Counted from the stretch's first letter, positions 12,701 to 27,223 are shown. The stretch is 64,000 bases of DNA from Klebsormidium nitens (GCA_000708835.1 DF236953.1:420990-484989), one strand, 5' to 3'. Numbers and translations: made by a program. Notes: generated by a model from the letters alone, not told the origin.

Positions 12701-15700
12701 CTAGGCACTTCAAGCTGAGTGGTCTGGATTTGAGAAAAACGTAGACAGTTCCGTTGAGGCCTTGGGGAAGCCGTGATTCTTTTCACTTTGGACAATGTAC
12801 TCCTGGCGTGCACAAGACGACCAAATCCCCTTGATTCGATTGCCATCCGCAGATTGTCTGTCCCTTTCTGCTGCAGACAACGGCCGTCGGCGACCTGTTC
12901 GACGCCGCCGTCATCCGCCGCGTCGACCCGTCCGTCGGCCTTCTCCTCGAGCTGCCGACAACACCCCGGCCCGCCGCGGGCTTCGCCCACATCAGCAACG
13001 TCTCGGACGACCATATCGAGAAGCTCGAGAAGAAGTTCCGCCCCGGTCAGAAAGCGCGCGCGCGCGTGGTGGGTCACTGGGGGCTCGAGGGCCTCTCGAC
13101 GGTCAGCCTGAAGCCGTCAGTGGTCGAGCAGAAGCTGCTGACGTACGCTGACGTCATCCCGGGGGCGGAGGTGCGCGGCACGGTTGTCGCGGTGGAGGAG
13201 TGGGGCGCGCGGCTCGCGCTGTCGGAGAGCATCCGGGCGATTTGCCCGCTCGCGCACATGTCGGAGGTGGCGCTCTCCAAGCCCAGCCCCAAGTTCCAGG
13301 TCAGACATCGCACAACTTTCTTCGAGTTTGGCTGCATCCTATGAGATGGGCTTTCCGTATCACGGTGGGAGAGCTTGTTGCTAATGTCGCCCTCTCCAAG
13401 CCCAGCCCCAAGTTTAAGGTCCGTCTGGCTTTGTCCCTGGGATGGGCCCTTCTTTTGTGGTTGAAGGATCAGGTCCTCATGTTGTGCTCTCAAGGACAGC
13501 CCAAAGTTCGAATCCTTTTTCACTATGAAACGGAAACTCGCTTGTTTGACGGAAGGGTGGTAAGCCGGAGTCTACTACGGTCCCGGTCTCAGGCTTTGTT
13601 GAAAGCGGGGGTGGGGGAGCACGAACGTTGGTATTGTGGCGGTCGCAGGTTCCCCCTTCAGAAAATGTTGGAAACAGGGTGGGGGATCAAGGACGTTATT
13701 ATTCTGGCGGTCGCTAAGGCTCCCATAGAAAGTCGGTTCGAAAATGTCATCCCCGTCATCATTGCCCCACGCCTAATACTTCTCCGCCGCAAAGTGAAAG
13801 CGCAATGTGGTCGCAAACAACGGAACGGTATCTAGAGAACGATGAGGACAAAGGTCCCAGCTCTTTCCAGGTGGGCGCTCGGCTCAAGTGCCGCGTCTTG
13901 AGCGTAGACGCCAAGGAGAAGAAGGTGGCGGTGACGTACAAGAAGGGCCTCGTAGCCTCCAAGCTGGTCCCGCTCACGAGCTACGCGCAGGCGGTGGAGG
14001 GCCTCGTCACGCACGGCGTCGTCACGGGCATCCAGGACTACGGCTGCTTCGTGCAGTTCTACAACGGCGTCAAGGGCCTCGCGCACAGGTAAGGAGCCTC
14101 TGGCTCAATGAGAATCAAGACGTATTTTGGGTGAGGGTTTGAGGGAAGTATCTGACTGTGCAGCGAAGCGGTCTTTGAAGGAAGCCCATGCTTTGTGCAC
14201 CCCCGTCGGTTCCGGTTTGCAGCTATTTCTGGGCTGTATGACATTGGAACAGTGGCTGAAAGTGAGCGCGCCTTCCTCTTGTCCTTGTCCGCCCGCATCT
14301 GGGGTCTGAGTTCTGCAATCATTCGCAAATTTCTGAGTGTACTTCACATCTAGGTGAAGAAAAGCAAAGTCAAAACGTTTCGACGTTGGAACATTCCGAA
14401 GAGACAAATGGGGCATGCTCTTGTTCATATTCAAGTTCTGTCGAGCTCACTCGCGCTTCTATTTCGTTCCAGATCTGAGCTCGGCATCCCACCTGGCTCT
14501 TCACCTGAAGAAGCGTTCCAACTTGGGCAAGTCATCAAGTGCCGTGTCCTCCGCTCGAGCAGCGCGGACCAACGCCTCGCCCTCAGTTTCATCACGAGCT
14601 CCGCCGCTATCGCCGCAGCACGGACTGCGAGTGCATTAGCGCCGGCGGTAGCCGTTACCGCTCCGGGGGCAGCCGTTACCGGCGAGGTCGAACTGGGCAG
14701 CTTGGTTTCGGGCGCGGTTCGGACTGTGGGGGAGAGTAGTGTGATTGTGGAGGTGGCGAGGGCGACAGGTGGGAGTGTGAATGGGGTCTTGGCGTTCCAG
14801 CATCTGTCGGACCATTTGAGCCAGACGGAGGCTTTGAAGGGGCTGTTGCAACCGGGGCAGGCAGTGGAGGGTTTGCTGGTGATTGGTGAGTTTTCAGGCA
14901 GTTCAATGATTCAAGTAGGCACAGTTGCGAAAGAACTCGTTTTCGTTTGGAGCAGCCCCGTTTGGAAGTTGAGCGAATTGGTGCATTTGACTTCCTTAGT
15001 AACTCAGTTGAAGGCATTTTGTAACAGCAATTGAAGCCATAAGGTGTGACTTTGCACAAAGCATTGAGAATGGCCAACTACACCGTTCTACGTTTCTAAT
15101 CTTTCGAAATCGACCGAGTTCACGAGCTGCCAAGCCCAGTCGAAGCTCCATCTTACAAATCTAGAGCTGCTCGTATTGAGTCTCACTTCGCTTTACTTTT
15201 GGACTACCGCAGACAAGGACGACGTCAAGGGGCTGCTCATCCTGAGCTGGAAGAAGTCACTCGTGGCCAGGATGGCGGCCGGGGAAGTTCCCCGGGTGCT
15301 CGGAGAGCTGCAGCCCCAGCAAGCGCTCCAGGTCAGACCCCTCCGCGGTGTGATCTGCTCCTGCAATTCGCAACGAACCTGAGACTTTGCATTCTGGCCC
15401 GTCTGCACGCAGACTGTCTGCTTCTTTGCATGCTATGCAGTTCCGACGGTGTTATCTCGGACTCCAACCAAGTTCCGAAGCAATCTTGTAGGAGATAGGA
15501 ACTCCAAGCTACGACGAGTCTGCTGAGCGCGATTCCATGGTTTAAGCCTTCGTCTTGGCGGTCTGACATACTCAACCCGGCTGTCATTCTTGACATTGGT
15601 CTCATTGCTCTGCCTGCGTTCCTACGAAGTCACCCTCGTGTTTGACGTCCCGTGCCAAGATGACTCTTACATTTATTCAAAACTCGCTTATTAGGCTCTT

Positions 15701-18700
15701 CGACGCTTCTGATCTTTGATATCCGCTCGCAACAGAAAAAGAGTTTTTGCTGCAGGGCTACGTCGCTAGCTCGACGCCACGTGGCGTCTTCGTCCGCTTC
15801 CTCGGACGCCTCACGGGCATGGCGCCCGTCTCGCAGCTGTCCGACTCGTTCGTCAGCGACCCGGCGGGCCTGTTCACACAGGGTCAGTCAGTGCGCGCGA
15901 GGGTGGTGGAAATGAACGAAAACGTGGGCCGGTTCACGCTAACCACAAAGCAGTCGCTGTGCTTTTCGCCGGACGCGACGTACTTGGAGAGCTACTTTGC
16001 ATCTGAGCAGAAGGTGCGGACGCACTTCTTCGATCACACGTTTAATTTTCGACTTGGGATTTGTGTACTATAACTCTTTCTTTTCTACTTCATTTTCGTG
16101 GACGTGGTGTGTCGACCGAGATTTCGTAGGGATTCTTTGGTAGGGAGTGGGTACTGCCGTGGGTTCTCGTGGAGATCAACCGTTAGTGAACATTTAGCGT
16201 GCCGAGAAGTCGTTACGGTTTAGAAAGCAAACGAGTTTGTTTTGGGAGATGCGAGGCTATCTGCCTCTCTGTATAGAGTCAATCTGAAAACCGCTTTTCA
16301 AGGTTCGAACTTTAGCTCATGTGGAGCGCATTTCCTTCCGGTCTCTCACGCACGTTGTGGATTCGTGGAATGGTTCTAAGGGTTTGAACCCTCACCTCTT
16401 TTCTTTGGTCTTGGCTGTCAGTTCAGCAGCACTGTTTTTGGATGTCACTAACAAGGTATCAACACTTTGCTTGATGGGAGGCGGTACAACAAACTCAAGA
16501 AGATCTTTTATAGTTTCGGGAAAAAAGGTCCTTCAATAAGTCGTATAAGGAACTTTGGCCCCGACCGCTCTTCCCCTCTTGCACGTTGGACGAACTGAAC
16601 CCCCTTTTGCTGCAGATTGCCAAGCTCCGGAGTGAGCAGGAGGGCACCTCGCTCGACTGGCTGTCGGCGTACCCGATCGGAGCGGTCGTAAGCGGATCGA
16701 TCCAGGAGAAGAAGGATTACGGCTACATCGTCAGCCTGCCGGAGCACGAGGACATTGTGGGCTTCATCACCTACCACCAAGGTGAGAACGGACTCTGAAA
16801 AGATTGCAAAGCTTTTTTCTTAAATCTTCAGATTTTATCTCTTTCCGCACTTCTTGTAGAATCTGCTACTGGGCCTCGTTGCGATTCATCCAGAGAGGTT
16901 TTGCGCTGGCGTTTCCGGATTGTTCCACAAAAAGTCGGTATGCGTTCTCGTAACCAGGACCCCTACGCATCCTGCGATTTGTCAAAAGGGTTCGCTGCGA
17001 GTTCACAAGATGATTGGTATTGCCAGTGGCAACGGCCAAAAGGCAGGACGTGCATTCCGTTGTCTGAAGTATGGTGCAGAACTGTTACCAATCTTTGGCT
17101 GCTCGGCGCCAAACGAGGTTTGGTCCAAATCTCATTCTTCGCACCTCAGCCGCTAATTCATACGATCTAACGAGCTTAGGTCTCCGACTCCGTCAACTGT
17201 TGGTTTGTAGGATCTTTCAGATGGCCTTGCAGATTGTTCCCCACGTACAAGGTCCGGGCTGTTCAAATTCAATGAGACTTCCAAGTTTGTCCTCCCGATC
17301 TCCTGATTCTTCCAGCGTTTTTGACCATGGCTTGTGTTCTATCTCTCCAGCGGGCGGCGAACTAGAGGTGGGCGCGGACGTCCACGCGCGCGTCTTGGAC
17401 GTGGGCGTCGCGGACGGCATCGTAGACCTATCGGTGCGGCAAGAGGTCTTGGGTGAGGAAGCCACGGGTAAAAAGAAGAAGAAGGCCAAGGTAAGGGGAG
17501 CACGAGACCTGGAAAGTTGTGTGTTTGGGACTTTGTTGAGCATTTGGGAGTGGGTTTGAGGACTTCTGCACTTTGATTAAGATCGACCCAATGCTTGGTA
17601 AAGGTTTGGGACCGTTGGAATGGCTTGCTGTCGATTTCTTCCAGCCATCCCAAGCAACTTGCCGAGGTTTTTTTTTATCCGCATCCTGCACGCCTGCAAA
17701 CCCTGCGAACATATTGGCCCCCAGGGATCACCGTACCCGGTGCTTTCAAAGAACCTTGACAAACCCCAAAACTTTGGCTGACTTGCAAACGGCTGCGAAC
17801 CCCGTGTAAACCTCCTGCGAACCGAACCCAAATCTCAAGCGCCGTGAGACACGGACGCCTAGAGTCTTGGCCGCCCAAGTCATGACCTTGAAGCCATCTG
17901 TCTGAAGCAACCCCGCACTTCTGTGAATAGCTTCAGAAGTCATTGAAGCCGCTACAGTTTCGTTGAGTGTATTTTGACCGGTAAACATGTGGCCCAGGGC
18001 CCTCATTTGCTAAGTCTTGAAAGTACAACCTGTATGGACCTCTGTGAATCTGCTAAGCCGATTGGAAAACCACGGGATTCTCGAAGTTTTTTAGAGCGGC
18101 CTTTGGTTCTCCTGCCGTTGGTCAGGTACGGTGTCAAGTTCTTTGAGCTTGAGGAGCTACTGAAATCTTGCAGCACCTTAACACGCTTTCCGTGTTGCTC
18201 CAGAAGCCCGCCGCCCCTCCGCTCCCCGACCTGAATCAGAAGGTCGAGGCGGTGGTGCAGCTCGTGAAGGACGACTACCTGGTGTTCACTCTGCCCCAGT
18301 CGGGCAACGCGGTCGCTTATGCAGCGACCAAGGACTACAACTGGCAAGCCGTGGACCCGCACAAGGCGTTCAAGCCCGGCCAAAAGTGAGCGCTTAGAGA
18401 CGTGCCTTTTGAGTCGAAGTTCGCTGTGATTCTTGGTGCCGCCTTCTTCTTGACTCCTTCTCCTTGAATGGAAGGCATTAGGCAGGGTTCGATGTAGGGC
18501 CATAAGACCCAAGTTGTCTAATTTATGTTGCCCCGTGCATTCGAATACTACGAGCTTCTGGAATAAGTGTCCTCATGGACGGAACACGTGCATCCTTGTG
18601 CAAGACCTTCCAAATGCTCGCTGACGTCACATAGCGCTTGGCCGACGTCATTCACGCTGCCACGGGCTGATGGGGTCCGTCCAGCGACTGCCGGGGACCC

Positions 18701-21700
18701 CTCACGACCGCCTCCAGTCGCTGGTACCCTTCTAATTTCTACCCGACTTTGCTGACGTCACATATACCCTCGACTGACGTCACTTACTCTGCCACAGGCT
18801 GCTGGGGTCCGTCCAACGGCTGCCAGAGACCCCCCACGACCGCCTCCTGTTGCTGCTGCCCTTCGGAACGGACTCTCTGTACGCGTCCAAGTCTGGGGAC
18901 GGTTCGGCGAAGAAGGGGACCAAGCCGCCGCGGATCGAGGTCGGGACTGTCGTGACGGGGAGGGTGACGTCAGTGAAGGCACTGCAGCTGAACGTGGAAC
19001 TAGACCGGGGGCTCATGGGCAGGGTGCACATTACGGAGGTAAGCCATCTGAATGTCAACTTTCCGGGTACTTGATCCATCCCAGTTTCGTCCTTCTCATT
19101 CTGCTTCTTCATGGAAGTGGGATGTTGTTCGAAGGACAGTGGGTCTGCATCCAAAAGCACGCAGTGTCAGAAATTGTTTCTGGGCGTCCAAACAAAGTAC
19201 GTTGCAGCCCAAGGAACTCCGATGATGGACGGGGAGCCTGCTCAGGGAGGCGGACACCTAGACCTTAAATGCGCGACACAGAAACTTCAATCATGACTAT
19301 CTACAAGCTTTGAAGAGATCGACCCTTGTCGAAACGTTTGTCGGACACGTCATTAAAACTCCTTGATTAGTACAACCCGTCGAAGCGTCTTAGACCACTG
19401 TTAGCGCGTGGCAACCTGACCACTTTTTTAGGGTCTTCGGGTTGTAGGAATCTAGGTTTCTTTTGAGACGTTGTGGTTAGATGCCCTTTGTCACGAGGAA
19501 TTGGCCTTGCAAATACTTGGGAGATGGGGCTAACGAGTAAGGGGCATGTTGCAGTTGTGAGCGGTGGAGGGTTCGAGCAACTTCTTAACAATGTCCTGAT
19601 TTACTGCCCGCTCATCAAGTGGACATTCTTGTCATAGCATTCGCACTCGTTTGTGGGGAGTACCGGAGACCAAGTTCTTCTTGTCGCAGCTTCATTCGAA
19701 TAGCCATCTGAAAGTTTCATTGATTCCGGATTTTCAAACCCCTTTGTTGATTATTGCGGACTCCTTCAGTAGCTTGTGTGTTCGACGACTACTTGACATC
19801 CAATCTGCGGTTCTGCAGGTAACTGACGACTACCCTGGCGACGGTGTCAACCCACTCATGGCCTTCAAGCCCAAGCAGGAGATCAGCGCCCGCGTCGTTG
19901 GTTACGGCCAGACCCCCGCCGCCGACGCTCGGCGCTCTTTCTTGGAGCTCTCCCTCCGACCTTCGGAGCTCCAAAACCCCAAATGGGATGAGATTCGGAC
20001 CGCGATTGCGGATGGTAGCACGCCGGACGCCCACGTCACGGACGCCCGTCTGGCGCCTTTGACCGTGGATTCGGTGGAAGTGGGGAAAGAGATCGTGGGT
20101 TATGTGGAGGAGATTGGCGCGCATACCGCGAGTCTCGGGCTCTCGACGCAGGTGCGCGGGCGCTTGCACGTAGTCGAGAGCGCGTCGGAGCCGTCCGAGA
20201 TGCGGAGATTCAAGCAGGGATTTAAGCTGGGCGACCCGGTACAGTGTCGGGTCGTTGCTGCGGACGCCAAAACGCACGCCGTGGAGCTTAGCTGCAAGAG
20301 CGGGAAGAAACTAGAGGTGGGAGATATTGTCGCCGGGCGGGTGAGCAAGGTACTGCCCGGTATAAAGGGCCTGCTCGTCCAGGTGGGCATTCACACCGTG
20401 GGACACGTGGCAGTCACGGAGCTGGGCGACCGGTGGCGGGAGCGGCCCCTAGAGGGCTTCGCGACGGGGCAGTTTGTGCGGTGCGCGGTGCTCGACGTGA
20501 CGGAGAACGCGAGCGGTAACGGTAATGGGGCCGGAAGCGGTCATGCGATCGAGCTTTCACTGAGGGAGAAGCTTGGAGGGTGCGGGGGAGAGGAGGCGAA
20601 GGCGGTTCGTGGAGAGAAAGCGGGAGAGGGCGTGGAAGTCCCGAGAGTCGCGGCTGTGGAGGACTTGTCTCCTGGTCAGGAAGTCTGGGTAAGGACGTGA
20701 ATCTTTCGGCAAGCCCATTTTTTCATCGAAAGCAACGGGCGTTTGCTTGCCTTGCTCTAGGCCGATGATTGGATAAACTAGTGGCGGATGAACTTTTCTT
20801 GGAGGATGTATGAATCTCGAAGACATGTAGAACCTTAGTACGGGGTCTGCTTTGCTACCAATGGTTTGCAGAATGCTGGGTCGCCGTGCCGACGAAGATA
20901 TCACTGCGCTCCCTTTCCCTCCTGCACTATCCCTTTCTTTCTCTTCCTACCCTTTCGTACGGCTTGTACAACCTGAGTTTACACATAGATATCGTTTGTA
21001 TGTAGGGAAGGAGATGTGTCCTTTATCAGTGCTGACGTCCACTTCTTTGCTCAACTCCTCACGCAGGGCTACGTCAAGAGCTGTTCCCCCAAGGGCTGCT
21101 TCGTTATGTTGGGCCCCAAAATCGACGCCCGCATCCTGATGGCCAACCTCTCGACCACCTTCATCGACGACCCCGCCAAGGAGTTTCCCCCGGGTACCCT
21201 GGTCCATGGCTGGTACGTACCTTGTTCTCTCATTACCGCTCTTACTTGGGTGTGGTTGCAGTGCTCCACCGAGCCTCTTCGCGTTTGCGTTACCCGCACA
21301 CTTCAATCACTGGAAGCACCGAGGTATCTGGACGTCGCGTCTTCATTCAAGGTTCTGGGGCATAAGTACCCCTCTCGGCTTCTTGAGCATGCTGGTAGTG
21401 TATCGTGGTCCTCCAACAAACAGACTAGAGTCGTATCTTACGATCTGAAACTGACTATAGCTCATTTTTTTTGGTCAACTTATAAAGGTTTTAGAGTCGC
21501 GTCGAGCTAAATAACGGGTTCCCGCTTTTGGAACGACCGGATGCCAACTATCTGCGTCCGCCTATTCCCTGGTCGTCGCAGCTGAATGCATCCGCAGAGT
21601 GAACGAGGTGTCTAAAAGCCCTTGGGTTGTTTCTCCACATCCAAGTGTTACGTACCATCACGACATCCCTAAGTCTGTCGAAAATCAGGCTTCTGTTGCA

Positions 21701-24700
21701 GAAGGTTCTTTTGCAAAGGTAGTGGAATGGCTTTTATGGAAGGGCTTTTGCAAATGGACACCCATTTTGCGAGAAGCTAGCCGCCGAAATCATACAACAA
21801 AACCCAGGCCGATTAGAGGTTCGCAGTGCGTATTGCTTTCAGTATATTCTCGATTTGCCGGAAAGGGAGTGTCTGGTCTTGGATACATTTGTGACCGTCT
21901 AAGGAACAAGGCGAACTGCGGTTTTCCAAATGATTGCGGGGTTTGGTTCCTTAACCCTGTCTTATTAGCAGAGCGGCAGCAAGAAGCACCGCTGGCATTG
22001 AAAAACCGGGCAACTTACTCACCAATATCGCTGCCCTCTTTCGACCATACTCGTTTACAATTCTTTCTACAGGGTAATCAGCGCCGAACCGCTCTCCGGT
22101 CGGGTTGAATTGACCTTGAAGCAAACCGGGGTGAAGGAGGCCCGCGGGGCGCAGTCCAAAGCGGACATAGCGGAGCTCAAGGAAGGGCAGATATTGACCG
22201 GGGCGGTTAAGAGCATAACCCAGTTCGGCCTCTTCGTGATCCTCGACGGGTCCAGATTGGTGAGGAGACGGGTTACTTTTCTCTTTGTTATCAGCTTTCT
22301 TTGGTTCGAGCGCTGAGACGGAGCATTGTCTGCGGTTACGAGGATGTTTCTGCAAGGCCCTTGACTAGTTGCACCTGAATCTGGCTTTTCCGGAGTCTCC
22401 CTATTGCCGGAGCCGAGTTTTCCCAAACACCGATCTCTCTGATCGTCTGATCACGATGGGGGCGATCGAACTTGTCAAAGCAGTCTCCCGTTCTTGAAAT
22501 CCTTTTACGAGGGTTCTGCTGTAGGTTTCGGAAAGAACCACGAACGCACATGCTGTGGATACATTTTGTGTGTAGTTTCTGATGATCCTCACTGATACCT
22601 TGCATGAGTTACCTAGTTCGAGGAAAGATTACTCTGTCCGCTCATTTTTTCTCAACCTTCCACACTGCCAAAGGAGACGGCTCTGCCGGATAGCGGGTAC
22701 TTTGAACGCCTCCATAAAACGCCTCTGAAAAGTGTGCGCAGCATCGGATCGCCTGTCCTTCTCTTGAAGTAATGTCTGCTCGTTGCAGACGGCAGTATGC
22801 TACGAGTCCGGGTCGAATGCATGAACGATCTTGGCGCAGATATCCATACTATCTCGTGTTGAATATGAGACAAAGCCCCAACACCCTGGATTCAAACCTG
22901 AGCACTAGCTGAGCCCAGCAACTCAATCCGTCACAACTCTGAACCTGCTCTGACTTCGTACTGAAGACGGCTTTATGCCACGTGTCCGAAGTTTCGGACA
23001 AGTTCCTCAAGGACCTGGGCCAGGAGTACGAGCAGGGCGACCGCGTCCGCGCCGTCGTCCGAAAAGTGGACCTGGAGAAACAGCGCATATCCATCAGCAT
23101 GAAGAAGTCGGCCCTAGCGGAGGCCGAAGCGAACGGGGGCGGTAATGGTGCGGATGAGGCCGGTAACGGCGTAGAGGGTGACGCATCTGAAGGGGAGGAC
23201 GAAGGAGCTGCGGATGAAGAAGAGGGGGAGGGGCTAGGGGAAGGCGAAGGAAATGGAGAGGAAGAGGAAAAAGCAGGGAGCGAGAGTGAGGATGCAGCAG
23301 CTGGCGGCGGGGAAGAAGACGAAGGGGAGGAAGAAGAGGTGCGAATCTTGTGACTCTAAAAGTGCACCAAGTGCACCATTGTAAATGCACTCTTGAAGTG
23401 TGGGGTTCAGAGCCTCGCTTTCGGCATTCATGAGTCCTCTTTGCGCACTCCTGCTAAAGTCGACTTGACTGCTGTTTGAACACATGCCTAGATTGGCTGT
23501 CTGATTAAGGCAGACTGATTCGCATCAAGTTCTGTCGTCGTCCGAGCTTCAAATGTTTGCCGTTATCCTGAGCTTCAAAGTTCTGAGAGGTGTTGTCGTT
23601 GATCTCGTCATGTCCGATATGCCGCTCCCTTCTCGGAGGACTCTGCGATCTAGTCTGAAAGATTGAGGCACCTTTCCTGACACGTGTTATGGCCCACAGG
23701 AGAGCGAGGATGCGGCGCCTGCGACCAGCTTGCCGCCCCCTCTCGAGGTGACGTTCGACGATGCGGAAGATGACGTCATGGATGGGGAGAGGGCTTCGAA
23801 GCGGCCACGTGACGAGGAGGACGAGGAGGAAGCCGGGCAGACTGCAGGTGCGGGTTTCAACTGTTTGCCTGTTTCAAGCGCTTGTGCTCGTCAAGCTTTG
23901 AGATTCTGCTTCGGTTTCGTAGGCTGAGGTCTTCTTTTGTTCCTCGGACATTGATGGATTACTTGGTCATGAGCATCCTCGAATCGCGATCGCTCAGAAA
24001 TGTAGGGTTCTGGGTATCTTTCCATGAAAGACGCCTGGTTGCGAAGGAGTCAAGTTTACCTATGCAACTCAGAGGCCAGCTTCCTTCCTTAAACTCGTCT
24101 ATCTTTTTTGGTTCGTCAGTACACCGAAGCTCGTGGTCGTTCGTGATCTTAGACTAAGCCAGTACGCTGCAGAAGCATGAAAGACTCGCTGGACACTCGA
24201 AATGTGAAACCGAGCGGGCATTCAACAGCCAAAATGTTTGCTATTGGACTCAGCGCAAAAGATGCGAAGAAGAAAAGCAGGCAAAAGAGCACGAAGACGC
24301 AAAGAAGAATGAGGTTTTAAATAACCGACTCATGCTTAGAGCCCCATGAGGAGGATGTCGCTGTCACCCGCTTCGTTCACCAAATAGCTCAGACGAAGTT
24401 GATCGAAGTTTCCCAATCATGTGCAGAAGACGCGCGAGAGAGCAAGCAGGCACGGAAGCGCCAGAAGCGCAAAGAGCGCGAGGAGAAGGAGGCCGCGATC
24501 GCGCGCGCCGAGGCTGCGCGGCTTCAGGGCGACGCGACGCCGGAGACGGTGGAAGACTTTGAGCGGCTGGTGCTGGCGAGCCCCAACAGCAGCTTCGTGT
24601 GGATCAAGTACATGGCCTTCATGCTGGGCCTGACGGAGGTGGACAAGGCGCGGGCGGTTGCAGAGAGGTAGGGGTGATTCTCTATCTGTACTCGTCCTTT

Positions 24701-27223
24701 ATACGTTCTTGTCGGACTTTGAGAGCTGACGTTGGGGGGCTAATGCTGTGGGACGGTAGTGACGAGGCGAGGGAGGCTGACGGGTGTGACGCGTATCCTT
24801 GACGAAGAGTCCTGCAGCTTTCGTGGGCGCATTTGGAAACGACATACCTGACAGGATGTGCCAGTAAGTATCTCACGCCCTAAAATCAACATCAATTAAG
24901 TTGGGTTCCTTCCTTTGAAACGCGCGTCCGTTCCCAGGCTGCTCCTGATTGTCAATATGGTTTCAGCTTATCAGCTCAGAAATAACCTTTCGTGCGCAGG
25001 GCGCTCCAAACCATAAGCTATCGCGAGGAGGGCGAGAAGCTGAACGTCTGGGTGGCGTATCTCAACCTGGAGAACATGCACGGCGCGCCGGACCCGAAGC
25101 AGGCCGTGCTCGCGCTCTTTCAGCGCGCGCTTGCGTACACGGATCAGAAAAAGCTACACGTGGCGCTGCTGGGCATCTACGAGCGGACGGGGCAGCACGA
25201 CATGGCGGACACGCTGTTCAAGAGCATGACCAAGAAGTTTAACACCAGCGCCAAGGTGAGGGGTGATCTGTGCACAGAGGGGGAGCATGGTGTCAAGGGC
25301 TTGTTGGATGTTCTGACAAAAGGGCGTTGAATTTGTCTGCACTGTGCGGCGATTGAGATAGAGCACGACTAAGACTCTCGATGACTTGCGCCAAGGTGGA
25401 CGAGGTGTATCGCCTCTTCCAAACGCGTCTTCAAGAAGTTTGTGCGCAAGATGCCCTGAATTCGAAAAGACAAACTCAAACGAGCGACGTGGCCGGTAAA
25501 GTGAACGGACTCTTTTGAGTCTCCTGTTGTTTTTTATCCTGCTAGGTTCACAGAGTGCGAGCCGGTTCAAGCCGCCCTTACCCCATGCTTTTCAACCCAG
25601 AAGGTGGATATGTGAAATAATAGAGGCTTTTGACACGACAGGAACCGGTCGTCGCCACCTCAATCCGATACCCTTCGCCCCACTTTCCGCACGCAATCTG
25701 GCGGCTGAAACCAGTGGCCACATTTTGGTGCGCGCCTCGCGAAACGAGCTCTTGATTTCAACCGAAGAAAGCCAATGAGGGTAGCAGTATCCAATGCATC
25801 GAGGCCCTTCTCGAGTCATTTGGTTCCGCTCTTGCCGCAGGTGTGGCTGCGCAACATCCAGAACCTGCTGTCACGGGGCCTCTCGGATGCGGCCAGCAAA
25901 GTACTGGAGCGGGCGCTCAAGAGCCTGCCGCAGCGAAAGCATATCAAGGTGAGGCGCGAACAGTTGACGTTTGCTGGTTGTCGAGTATTCTTGGAACTAA
26001 CATCGGGGTGATGACGATCTCTTTGGTTACTAAATAGGTCGATATTTGACTAAACGACTCAGTCTAAACAGTGGTAGCTGATTGAGTCCGTATCAAACAC
26101 CCACGCTTTCAACCGGGCAGAGGTTTGCATTTTTGTCAGATATTTGAACTATCCTAGGAATGCCTGCGAGCAATGGCACCCATGAAAACTAGTCGTGCTT
26201 GCGAGCTGCCGCTACTGAGAGCGACCATCTCCTCGTAAACTCAAATTCCAAATTCTCGCTGGAACCTTACAAATTTGTTATGCCTTGCTTTCTGATTTAT
26301 TGGCGCCATCAGAAAGGTATTGCTCTCCGCCCTCCAGCCGATGCTTTGAACCCACCTTGCACTCGGTTCCTCCGCTTCCGGTCTGCAGTTTCGCTTGACT
26401 CAAGATTCCGCTTGGCAGGTAATATCGCGCGCGGCTGTGCTGGAGTTCAAGCTGGGCACTGCGGAGCGGGCACGTGTCCTCATGGAGGGCGTCCTGCGTA
26501 ACTACCCGAAGCGGGTGGACCTCTGGAGCGTCTACCTCGACCAGGTGAGCGTTCCGACGTCGAAAAGTTTGACCCATTTTTGAGTTTGGGCCCGATAGTT
26601 CCACGAGCTTTAGGTTGAGTCCAATGCCTGGTCTCAAACATGCAAAGCTGCCAAAAATGGGACTACTCTGGTGCATTAGAATTGCGCTCTACCGCAGCAG
26701 CAAAGATTGTCACAGTCTACACTCTCTGAGCCTAGGAGTGTAGCAGCCACGGCATTGTTTACAGAAAGCTGCAAGACTCCTGAAATTCGAGACACCCACA
26801 AATCCTAGGAGGTAAAGGAACAACGATAAGGCATTTTCCTCGCCTATGATTGAGGTCCTCGATCCCTTCTTTCATTATTGCGTCCAGTAATTTGCTTCCG
26901 GCACCGTAAGGAATGACTCGACATGCTCATCTGAACGAGTCCCTGCTTTATGTCAACATTGGAAAAGCACTTGATTTTGTTGTTTCAACCGCTTTAAGCA
27001 TTTCTGACCGTTCTCTACCCACGTTTTGCAGGAGATCAAGCTCGGGGATGAGCCGATTATTCGCGGCCTTTTTGAGCGGGCCATCTGTTTGGAGCTCCCG
27101 GCTAAGAAGATGAAGTTCCTATTCAAGAAGTACCTGGAGTACGAGAAGGAGCACGGGGACGAGGCGTCGGTACAGAAAGTCAAGAAAGCGGCCATGGAGT
27201 ACGTTGAGAGCAGATTGACTTGA
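9772..27223 (+). CDS. RRP5: rRNA biogenesis protein RRP5 (S1 repeats plus C-terminal HAT repeats), about 23 exons
   Basis: Starts MSKRK...EQDFPRGG. Many S1 domains ([16 protein letters not shown]; [25 protein letters not shown]; [15 protein letters not shown]; [16 protein letters not shown]), then an acidic linker. HAT region: [29 protein letters not shown]...[27 protein letters not shown]...[14 protein letters not shown]...[19 protein letters not shown]. Ends YVESRLT-stop at 27223. Confidence 0.95.
13267..13421 (+). repeat. Intronic decayed duplicate of an RRP5 exon 3' end plus donor
   Basis: gtggcgctctccaagcccagccccaagttccag|gtc (13267-13302) versus gtcgccctctccaagcccagccccaagtttaag|gtc (13386-13421). 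Confidence 0.85.
18661..18850 (+). repeat. Intronic decayed duplicate of an RRP5 acceptor plus exon 5' start
   Basis: cacgggctgatggggtccgtccagcgactgccggggacccctcacgaccgcctcc (from 18661) versus cacag|gctgctggggtccgtccaacggctgccagagaccccccacgaccgcctcc (from about 18792). Both are preceded by gctgacgtcacata. Confidence 0.8.

Noticed and set aside
21947-21955. TTCCTTAAC, a U12-type branch-point consensus in an RRP5 intron
   Set aside because: The intron donor is GTACGT (U2 type) and the acceptor that restores the S1 domain is about 115 nt downstream.
24259-24315. Possible further exon echo in an RRP5 intron (aagatgcg...aagcaggca...gcaaaga)
   Set aside because: Purine-rich and low complexity, so the similarity to the exon at 24427 may be chance.
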